Source of the DNA: Octopus vulgaris
Lineage: Eukaryota
Direction of reading: 5' to 3'
Assembly: GCA_951406725.2 (NCBI GenBank)
Contig: OX597815.1
Location: forward strand, 81,406,001 to 81,470,000
Length of the DNA: 64,000 bases
The position numbers and the translations under genes are program-made. This document shows, piece after piece, positions 54,106 to 64,000 of the stretch. Positions within the stretch are counted from its first letter, which is position 1. Each line of letters opens with the position of its first letter. The notes under the pieces were generated by a model that worked only from the letters and a program-made list of their open reading frames with translations, made no database searches and was not told the origin of the DNA.

Positions 54106-55223
54106 CTAGCTGGACCCGTGAAAAATTCACGGAAAACATTAAAAATGTAAGCATCTGTAAACAGTGAACTGGTGCCATGAGAAATGTTTGTATATTATGA
54201 CCGTCTGTATTTACGTTCTGAGTTCAAATTCTGCCGAGATCAACTTTGCCTTTCATCTTTTCAGGGTCGATAAATTAAGTATCAGTTGTGTACTGGGGTA
54301 GATCTAATCAATTATCTCCCCTCCCCACAAAAAATTCAGGTCTAGAAAAGTATCTTGCGACAGTTACAGAATATAGAAAGTAATGTAACACTAATGACTA
54401 TATAATCCAACCAAAATATCTCAGTTACACAAACGTAAATGTAATTACTATTTAACCTTAAAATACATTGTACATATTCAAAGAACCTTAATGTAAAAAT
54501 TGAAATGCAAAAGAACGAAATAATAAATGGATTTATGAATGAAAGTTTGGTAACTGTGTTTATTTCCACCATGTGACACTTATTATTGAAAACATGTTTT
54601 AACTGACCTAAACTCTGCACACACAAATACATTCATATATATATGTCTCGAGTTGCAGCTGTAATTCAAAGGGGTCAGCCTTGTCATATTCCGTGTGAGG
54701 CTGAATCTCCTTGAGAACTACGTTAATGTTATGCATGTCTGAGGAGTACTCAGCCACTTGTGACTTAATTTTATCATCGTGTGGTAATGAAAAGTGAAAT
54801 TGACATCCAACATTTGCTGTGTGCATGTATCCAAGTATGAACTTTTCTTTGGATTTATGTATCTACTGTCTCTCACACTTTCTCTCTTTCTCTTTCACTT
54901 CCTTTGTGTCCCTCTTCTCTCCTGCTTTTGATTTAACAACGTGTATATGTATCAACGTATCTACTCTTGCGATGTGATAAACATTTAAAAACACAAAACA
55001 AACGCCGTCACCACTCACTGTCTCTCTCTCTCTCTCTCTCTCTCCCTCTCTGAAACATTTAAAAACACAAAATGAACACTGTTACCACTCACTGTCTCTT
55101 TCACTCTCTTTCTCTCTTACTTCCTCTTTGTCCTCCTCGCTCTTGCTTTGCCACTTCTTTGAAGTAAGTGTGACGTACACAACAGGTACACACAAAAACA
55201 AAAAGTTATATTAATATTATTGA
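54106..55223 (-). mobile_element. Non-autonomous Helitron with nested SINE fragments
   Basis: Minus strand has 5' A|TCAATAATATT and a 3' hairpin CCGTGAA-TTT-TTCACGG followed by GTCCAG-CTAG|T. It sits at an AT within a (TAA)n tract present on both flanks. Confidence 0.72.
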
Positions 55224-55239
55224 TAATAATAATAATATT

Positions 55240-55668
55240 GATTGCAAATTTTGGGAGCAATTTTAGGGGAAGGGGATTAGTCAATTACATTGACCCCCCA
55301 CCCCCCCCCAGTACTCAACTAGTAAAGTTGTAAGGCTAAGTTGACCTTGGTGGGATACGAACTCAAATGTACAAAGCTAGAAGAAAGGTTGCTAAGTATT
55401 TTGCCCAATGCATTAACAACTCTGCCAGCTTGTTATCCTCCTTCATAATAACAATATTAACAATAATGGCTGCAAAATTTGGCAGATAGCCAGAAGTTTT
55501 TGAGGGGGAGGGTAAGTCGATTACACTGACCCCAGAACTTGACAGGTACCTGGAAAGGATGAAAGACAAAGTCGGCCTTTGTGGAATTTGGGCTCAGAAC
55601 GTAAAGACAAATGAAATGCTGCTGAGCATTTTGTCCAGCACACTAAAGATTCTATGAGCTTGCCGCCT
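55240..55668 (-). mobile_element. Two family B SINEs
   Basis: Two units ending tctgccagcttg and tctatgagcttgccgcc. Confidence 0.75.
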
Positions 55669-57073
55669 TAAATAAGAGTGATGATGATGATGATGACGAT
55701 GGGGAGGAGGAGGAAGAAGAAGACAAAGGAAGTGGTGAGATGGGATATGATACTTGTGGGTCTCACAGGTCTAATAAAGAAACACTGACTTAAAAAAAAA
55801 TGATAAGGTTTGTTATGAAGGCTGGCTGCATGGACATTAAAAAGATGACAATGAACGTGGTGATGATGATGATGATGATGACGATGATGATGATGACGAT
55901 GATGATGATGACGACGAGGACAAAGGTGATAACAGCAATAATGACAACAGTTTATTTCATGGACATGAAGCTTTGGACCAGACAAGGGCAAACTTTTCCA
56001 AGAAGAGAGTCACACAATAAACATGGCTCACCATCAGGTGAGCCAAGCTATTAAAATAATCCAATTCAATTCTATGTTGGCATATCATTCAGAAAGTCTC
56101 ATGGGCCTTAATTTGTCTATGACTGCTTTAGACCATTCTCTAGTACAGTTAGGAGGAAGGTACAATATCATAACATTTATAAGGTACTCCAGAGAGTTTT
56201 AACATCTGTAAGTGGATGTCTACAAGACAAAGACAGGCAGCAGTGAGAAAGGGATTCAGTACATATGACATTATGAAATTAGGTCGATTGAGATAACACA
56301 GAATGGGCGGCAAGAAGAAGGGGAGACAAATATGTAAGGTGGGCCTCAAGTTGTGTGTGATATTCTTGCACTTTTCCAGTCAGCAAAAATTAAGTATAAT
56401 GACATGACTTTATAATTCAAAAATCCAAGAAGAATATTTTTTGTTGCATGTAAAAAAAAAAAAAAAAGACCATTCACAGAAACTATATCTATATTATCTT
56501 CCTCATTACAGTACATGTACGAAATATACTAAAATGACAACAGCAACAACAAACATAACAGCACACATTTCAAAATAACTGGCACATTAAAAAAGATGCT
56601 GACTAGAAAATTACCAAATAGCTGTGACAGGTTTGGTTTTTTTTTTTTTTAAATCTTCTTTTGTTCTATAGGAAAGTTAAACTGACATGCTATGAGGAAT
56701 TCAAGTATTGTAAAGCAGGCAGGAAGTTTTAAAAAACAATTACACACACACACACACATACACACACACACACACACACACAACACCCATAAATGCCTGC
56801 ACGCACATACACATACATACACAGTACTTGCTTGAACACAGACACACACATACACATATATCATCATCATACTAAATGTTCATATATCTCTCTCTCTAAA
56901 CACACACACACACACACAGATAGATAGATAGTATATATGTGTGTGTATGTATAGGTATGGCTAGATACAGGCATGCCTGTGTAGTTAAGAAGTTTGCTTC
57001 CAAACCATGTGGTTTCAGGCTCAGTTCCACTGCTAAACCCTTTGAGCAAGTGTCTTCTACTATAGCCTTAGAC

Positions 57074-57411
57074 CAGCGTTTTTCAACTGGGCTTCATAAG
57101 GATTCCATGAGAAAGGGTGAGATAAGATAGTGTTAAAATTTCATGATAGTAATATTACTATACAAGCGCAACATATTATTGGTTATTGTAATATTGTAAT
57201 ATAGACATCATCCTATCTAACCTATTATGTTATAAAAAAATATAACAGCCACACACACACACACTCACACACATATATGATATTTACCATGTGAACTATG
57301 ATGGAAAAAATGAGAAGGATATGGTATGTAATTTTTTTGTGTGCAGGGGTTCCTTGAGACATGTAATTTATTTTAAGGGTTACACAAGGGTAAAAAGGTC
57401 GAGAAACACTG
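57074..57411. mobile_element. hAT MITE nested in a family A SINE
   Basis: TIRs cagcgtttttcaac / gtcgagaaacactg and 8-bp TSD ccttagac / ccctagac. SINE sequence resumes on both sides (about 56968-57460). Confidence 0.85.
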
Positions 57412-57852
57412 CCCTAGACTAACGAAAGCATTGTGAGTGGATAGAGACTAAAAGAAGTATGTCATGCACACGCACACACACTTGCAAACACATACACACA
57501 CACATATATAAAATCATAATTTAACATCTGCTTTCCATCTGCTTTCCAAGCTGGTATGGGTTAGATTGTTTGAAAGGGAACTGCCAAGCTACAGTGGTCA
57601 GATCAAGCTTCAGTGTCATCTCTGGAACAGTTTCTATAGTTGGATGCCCTTCCTAATGCCAACCACTTTACAGAGTGTACTGGGTGCTTTTCCCATGCCA
57701 CTGGCAATAGTGAAGTTATCATATAACTTGCAGGACAGCAGAGAAGAGAAAGAAAGGAAATGAAAAAAGCTCCCACTACCAAGGGGAGATATTTGGTAGG
57801 GGAAGGTAGAGGTGGGTAGCGTTATGCTAGGTATACAATAGCTAAAAAGTGA

Positions 57853-58145
57853 AGACGTATGGCTTAGTGGTTAGGGTATTCGTCTCATGATCGTAAGGTC
57901 ATGAGTTCAATTCCTGGTGACACGTTTCCTTGAGCAAGCCACTTTATTTCTTGTTGCTCCAGCACACTAAGCTGGCAAATGACCAGCCTCGTCCTGTTTG
58001 TGTCATGCTGAATTTCCCTTAGAACTACGTTAAGGATACTCATGTCTGTGGAGTGCTCTGCTACTTGCATGTTAGTTTCACGTGGAGGCTGTTCCATTGA
58101 TCAGATCAACTAGAACCCTCATACTCATAACCGAAAGAGAGCCAA
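57853..58145 (+). mobile_element. Family D SINE
   Basis: tggcttagtggttagggtattcg...gagttcaattcc...agaactacgttaagg. Confidence 0.75.
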
Positions 58146-58498
58146 TGCAATGGCTAAAATGTGACAGGACAAGCACAAGTGTTGAGCTATAGAGGAGCTA
58201 CCGTGGCTGATGGAAATACAAGAAGGTAGTGATGGGTCAGTATGTTTACAACTCCTTGTGTTAACAGTGCAGAATAGTAGCAAACAAATGTTACCATCAT
58301 GCAGGTAATGCCATTTGTTTCCAATGTGTCATGAAAACATGTCCGATCTTGGGGACATATTACCTTGATTGGAAATGAGTATGATTTGGCGAGAGGAAGA
58401 ACATATGGCTGGAGAAAACGTGCCTCAATGAATTCCACCTGACTTTTGTTACTATAGAAGAGGTTGACAATAAAACAATGATGATGATGGTGATGATG

Positions 58499-58553
<55 letters not shown>

Positions 58554-59404
58554 TATTGCTAAATATGACAGACAGAGAAATGGCATGCAGAGAAAAAATT
58601 TTAAATTGGAATAATAAGTAGTTTTGTTTCTCTAATAATTTCTTTCAATGTTTTATTTTATTCATTTAATTATTATCATTATCATTTTTTTTTTTGGAGA
58701 TTTATTGTAATGATTTTTATAGTGGAGAGGTAGATGGAAGAATGAGTGAGAGAGAGAGAGAGTGAGAAAGAGAAAGAGAGAGAGAGAGAGTAACTATTCA
58801 CAAGTCTCAGATATTAACTAATGATCTGTGACCCAGACTAAGCTTGATATGAATAACACATAACTCTTTATGTTTCAAATATACATGTCGACAAGCTAAT
58901 TTGTGCTCTGATATTTTGTTTTGTTTCTGCAGGCCTTTTGTTGTTGTTTTTTTCTTTTATTTTATTTATTATTTATCTATTTATTTATTGCTTCTTCCAC
59001 TCCTCCACTCCCCAAGTCAAAATAATGCATTTAACTGCAGTTGATATAACAACCGCCACCAGCTTCCCTCCACACACACACACACACACACACAACCATC
59101 ACCACCACCACCACTACCACCATTACTGCTAGAGCAGGAGAAATTACAGTTCTGTTAGAGAAGGTGCTTTACATGTTAGAATTTTAGGGGGCAAATCTAG
59201 CCATGTGGGTAAGACAGGCAATACTTAGAGAAATTACTAACTCAAACATTTTAAGTTCAAATATATTCTGTGGATTTTGTTGTGTATTCATTAAGGGAGC
59301 ACACCTAAATCTCTAATATTCCTTTTTGTACAAAAACCAGAAGAGTACACCTATGTGTACAGCATGTGTGTGTGTGTTTACTCAACTGCTAGAAATAGCA
59401 ATGA

Positions 59405-59760
59405 CACATCCTCATTTAACATCCATTGCCCATGCTGGTGTGGGTTGACTGGACTGGCACGCTGGAAGGTTGCACCAGGCTCCAGTTTGATTTGGCATGG
59501 TTTTCTATGGCTGGATGCCCTTCCTAACGCCAACCAACCTGAGAGTGTAATGGGTACTTTTTATGTGCCACAGGCACAGGTGCCATTTGCATGACACCAG
59601 TATCTGTCACAACTGCAATTTTACGCAGCTTGATGGGTCTTCTTCTCAAGCATGACATAATGTCAAAGGCTTTGGTCATTGTCTCTGCGAGGCCCAACAC
59701 TCGAGAGTAACTAAGCCACTTTGCCTTCATGAAGCTCAGTGCTTGAAAGGAACTCAGCCA
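59405..59760 (-). mobile_element. Family C copy with longer 5' extension
   Basis: catttaacatcc...ggatgcccttcctaacgccaacc...tttatgtgccac. Confidence 0.75.
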
Positions 59761-59967
59761 GCTCACCTCTGTGAGACCCCAGTTAATGAAATCCTGCAAA
59801 CAATACAGTATGTTCATAGTCAAAATGTCTTTGCTCATAGGTCCAATCTAACAGAGAAGATTTGCTATAACCCTTTTGGTACTATAATTCTGTTGAAGAA
59901 TACATCATCCATGTCAGTTAATTTTGAAAACAGGAAGAATTTTGTAAAATAAATTTGTCGTTATTAA

Positions 59968-60261
59968 CCTTCTTGGGACACCCAGGTTGATTGATCAGCC
60001 CAATTCATACAAACTGAATGAGACCGATCCATCAGCCAAATTAAACAAACATTTTGAAGTGTAAATAGCCAATCAGGGATTGTCTTTCATGAGATATAAT
60101 ATAACACTATATAACATATATAGTTTTTACATACTAATAAAATAGTTTTAGGCACTTTATCCTTTGTTTTCTACATGCACCCATCATTTTCAATCTCAAA
60201 AGAAAAAAAAAAACTTTGGTCTTTTTGGTTGCACATACCAAAACGCTGTGTCTCAACAGGG
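59968..60261. mobile_element. piggyBac-like MITE
   Basis: TTAA|CCTTCTTGGGACAC ... GTGTCTCAACAGGG|TTAA with an intact TTAA TSD. Confidence 0.75.
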
Positions 60262-60326
60262 TTAAGCTGGTGTTTGGAACAAATTGATATCAAATATTTT
60301 GATGGTACATCTAACTTTAAATCACT

Positions 60327-60564
60327 TCAACCCTTCAGCATTCAGATCATTTTATCAAATGTAAAACGTATTTATTCACACTGTTTTGAATTAATCATGT
60401 ATTATCTAATAGTTTTGAAATTTCAATGATGTAACTGTTTATTTTTATAAACAGTCACATCATATGTTGGGTAGGTGTGAGAGGCTAGATCTGGATCTGG
60501 CTAGTTCAAACATGAAAGCGGTAGAATATTTTGGCCAGATATGGTCAGTTTGTTAAAGGGTCAA
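60327..60564. mobile_element. Degenerate piggyBac-like MITE (related inverted copy at about 17620-17810)
   Basis: tcaa|cccttcagcattcagat ... taaaggg|tcaa. The interior matches the reverse complement of 17640-17808. Confidence 0.55.
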
Positions 60565-60594
60565 AAAGGGAAGTTTCAAACCAAGTATCGAACA

Positions 60595-61056
60595 GGCACA
60601 GGAGTGGCTGTGTAGTAAGTGGCTGTGTAGTAAGTGGTTCTGGGTTCAGTCCCACTGCATGTCACCTTGGGTAAGTGTCTTCTACTATAGCCTCAGGCTG
60701 ACCAAAGCCTTGCGAGTGGATTTGGTAGACAGAAATCAAAGAAGTCTATCATATATGTGTGTGTTTGTGTGTGTATGTGAGAATGTGCAAGTGTTTGTGC
60801 CTCCTCCTCATAACATTGTGTGATAGTTGTAAATGAGTGTCACCATCATACAAGCGGCGTCATTCCTTTCCGATATTCTGCAAGAGCATGTCTGACCATG
60901 GGGGAAATATTACCTTGTTAGGAAACAGGTGAGAGTCGGTAACAACAAAAAAAAAAAAAGAACATGTGGCCATAGGAAACATGCCTCGATAAAACTCAGC
61001 CCAACCCTTGCAAGCATGGAAAAGTCGACGTTAAATGATGATGACGATGATGATGA
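60595..61056 (+). mobile_element. SINE with family A head and an alternative (GAT)n-ending tail
   Basis: Family A 5' half, then aatattaccttgttaggaaacaggtgag...agcatggaaaagtcgacgttaaatgatgatg. Related tails occur at about 41120-41317 and 58250-58500. Confidence 0.7.
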
Positions 61057-61246
61057 TCACACACACACACATCCCAAAATTATATTACATAACACAATTT
61101 TATGTCTAATAATAGACATAACCTGTAATTAACTTGTCATTTTTCATGATATAAAACATAAAAGGATTAAATGAATAAATCATAGTTTTAAAATTAAATA
61201 AAATAATCCAATAAATAAATGCATAAAAGAATTTTACCAAGTGAAA

Positions 61247-61285
<39 letters not shown>

Positions 61286-61668
61286 ATGAAATAAAATAAA
61301 TTAATTAAACATAAAATGAATAATAGAGAATTAGAGTAAGAGAGCAGCTGCTGGTGGTGGTACTTCTATTAAAAGCAAGCTCAACAGGTGACTGCTACCA
61401 GGTGGAATTCAGATTCTGTTAAAGCCATTGAAATGTTATTATGCTCTCACCTTCACTTCAATTAGATGTGGTTGTAGTTCTTGTTACTGTTGTTGTTTAG
61501 ACCTAGGTTGTCTCTGATCAATGAGATCTAGAATGAAAAGCATTCCTGCTGTGACCACCCATCTTTAGTTTTTGTATATCTAGGATCAAATATACTTATA
61601 TACTCACTAATGTGACTTCATTTTAAAGACAACAAGGTGGATGTAAAAATGTGTCTGTGTGTGCGTGT

Positions 61669-61706
<38 letters not shown>

Positions 61707-62602
61707 ACGTGTGGAAGGTTAATTTAGTTACTTTTTCTCGGAGGTCAATCCCGTTGTGTAGAAGAGCCATAGGCAACCTGTGGCACACAGGACTTCCTGA
61801 ATGGCATGTCTAATGCAAAACATACCTCATCATCATCATTTAACATTCATTTTCCATGCCTGTATAGGTTAAAAGGTTTGCCTGGAGCTGATAAGCTGGA
61901 AAACTGCATCAGGCTCCAATCACCTGTTTTAGCTTGGTTTCTACAACTGGATGCCTCTCTTAACACCAACAATTCTACAGAGTGTACTGGGTGCCTTTTA
62001 CATGTCACCCGCATGGGTGCCTTTTATGTGTCACGTCCACAATTTCACTTAATTTGACATATCTTTTTAAGCACAACAAACTGCCAGAAGTCTTGAATTT
62101 TTCAACTAGTGTAACCCACCAGATAACGACCTATGTCTCATGTGGGCCCCATTTCTCAAAAACAATTGACCATCCCTTGTACAATAGCTTCTTCATTGGC
62201 TTGCTGATAAGTAATTCATAAACTGATCAATGTGAGAAACAACTTCCTCGATCATCCCATGATATTCTTGAGTCACCATCAAACCTATATAACTCAGCAT
62301 CATAATTGTTTAACATCCGCTTTCCATGTTGGCATGGGTTGGACAGTTTCACTGAGGACTGGCAAGCCAGGAGGCTGTACCAGGCTGATCTGACAAGGTT
62401 TCAATTGCCAACCACTCCAAGAGTGTAGTGGGTGCTTTTTACATGCCACCAGCATATATGTACATGTGTGTGTATATGATGGGTATTTACTCAAATTTAA
62501 TATCTATTGAACTAAAGCTACATCCATACCAACCACATACTTTACATATATTTCTTCATTTTGTCTTATCCTCACATGATTATTTTTGAATTTATTATGG
62601 TT

Positions 62603-62631
62603 GTGTGGTAGACAGAAACTGAAAGAAGCTG

Positions 62632-62669
<38 letters not shown>

Positions 62670-62818
62670 TCTATAATTATAAACATAATTATAATTAGGG
62701 GTCAGCTAATTGCCTCACCACATACCGAATTTAGAAATAAGAGTTAAAAATTCCTTTTCTACTGCTGTAAGAATTTTCACGACAGTAACAGACTTTTTAC
62801 CCTTTTATTATGAATTTG

Positions 62819-62867
<49 letters not shown>

Positions 62868-63080
62868 GTGCGTGTGTGTGAGTTTGTCACCCACTCCACC
62901 ACTTGACAACAAATATTGGTGTGTTTGTGTCCCGATAATCTAGTGGTTTGGCAAAAGGGACCGCAAGAATAAGTACTGAAGCTTACAAAGAATAAGTTCT
63001 GGAGTCAATTTCTTTGACAAAAACCCTTTAAGGCGGTGCTCCAGTATGGTCACGGCCAAATGCCTGAAACAAGTAAAACA
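62603..63080 (+). mobile_element. SINE family A fragments with intervening sequence
   Basis: ggtagacagaaactgaaagaag at about 62607 and a 3' half at about 62880-63080. Confidence 0.7.
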
Positions 63081-63694
63081 AATACAAGAAATAAATTGCT
63101 CTTCACAGCCTAATAATGATAATGGGGTTTAGGCAACCAAAACTGTAAGAATGTGATGGTGATTCCAAAACTCTACGGTGCTCTGTGGTCTTCAACAGAG
63201 ACACTTCTTTGTTTTCCACATTCCACTCAGCTTAAAATGAGTAGCCAAGATAGCTCAGTGTGGGAATGGGATTAAACTTTGCAATGGACTGGTATCCTAT
63301 CCAGGGTCAGGTATTGTACTCTTTGTATCATGGATACTGGGGATAAGTTCTGACCATACCAGCCTGTATTCTCATGGAACACAGTACACCTAACATAATG
63401 TATATAGTCCACCAATGAGATTCAGAGATTCTCAGAAGAGAAGACAATTAGCAGTGCTCAAAAGATTCAAACTTAGATTTCGATGTCTTTATGGGAGATC
63501 GATTCCACAAAGTAAAATATGGCTGTAAGAGGGATCAAACAATATATTTAATATAATTTATGTATCTAATTTGTTTCTCTGCATAATTAACCTAATATAT
63601 ATATATATACATACACACACATATATAAATATACATTTCGTTTCTTGGATTTGGTTTGCAATATTCTTTATGTGAGTTAGTGTGTTGAAGCATA

Positions 63695-63949
63695 TTCTGT
63701 TGTGTCTGGGGAGAGTCATTTTCTTTTTGTGCCTTATTAATTTAACACTCTCACCAGTCAAATCCCCACTTATTTCTTATTTTTATTTTCCTAAACTTTT
63801 CATTGCGTCTTGTAACCTTTTCAATAGCCTTGAGAATCAAGACTATTGAAAATAAGAAAATAAAAATAAGAAATAAGTGGGAATTTTACAGGTGAGTGTG
63901 TTAAATTATAAGGCATAAAAAGAAAATGACTCTCCCCAGACACAACAGA
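63695..63949. repeat. Foldback element / long inverted repeat
   Basis: ~100-bp arms ttctgttgtgtctggggagagtcattttc... / ...gaaaatgactctccccagacacaacagaa plus inner ttcaatagccttga / tcaagactattgaa. A single-arm relative lies at about 16990-17110. Confidence 0.9.
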
Positions 63950-64000
63950 ACATACAACATACATACATGCATGCATGCATAGATACATACATACATACAT

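Noticed and set aside
56024-56045. Hairpin tggctcacc-atca-ggtgagcca giving a donor-like site on both strands
   Set aside because: A 9-bp stem is plausible by chance in 64 kb and no exon partner was found.
56607-56613. 7-nt microexon cag|CTATTTG|gtaatt on the minus strand
   Set aside because: Upstream sequence is A-rich with no polypyrimidine tract. Similar weak hits near 53720 and 13240 were also dropped.

Overview
AT-rich, microsatellite-dense eukaryotic DNA. The SINE families resemble those I associate with Octopus, which is an inference from memory, not a database match. No intact long protein-coding ORF is present, and nearly all ORFs in the track are translations of (TA)n/(CA)n/(TG)n repeats or SINEs. 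Bases 309-6685 recur at 6786-13216 on either side of a 100-N gap, probably as uncollapsed haplotypes. The window holds four interspersed SINE-like families, a dead mariner transposon, MITEs of the mariner, hAT and piggyBac types, a non-autonomous Helitron, R4/Dong-type LINE and Penelope-like fossils, three degenerate hammerhead ribozymes and several foldback hairpins. The region is most likely intronic to a minus-strand host gene. Its candidate exons are two 10-nt microexons (44702-44711, 43856-43865) and a 42-nt exon (30949-30990), which together read xTLQIDPDLVIGIQRILDQNQ. A recursive-splice-like site (TTTTAG|GTAAGT) at 31123/31124 opens a 52-nt stop-introducing exon. The gene model is hypothetical without RNA data.
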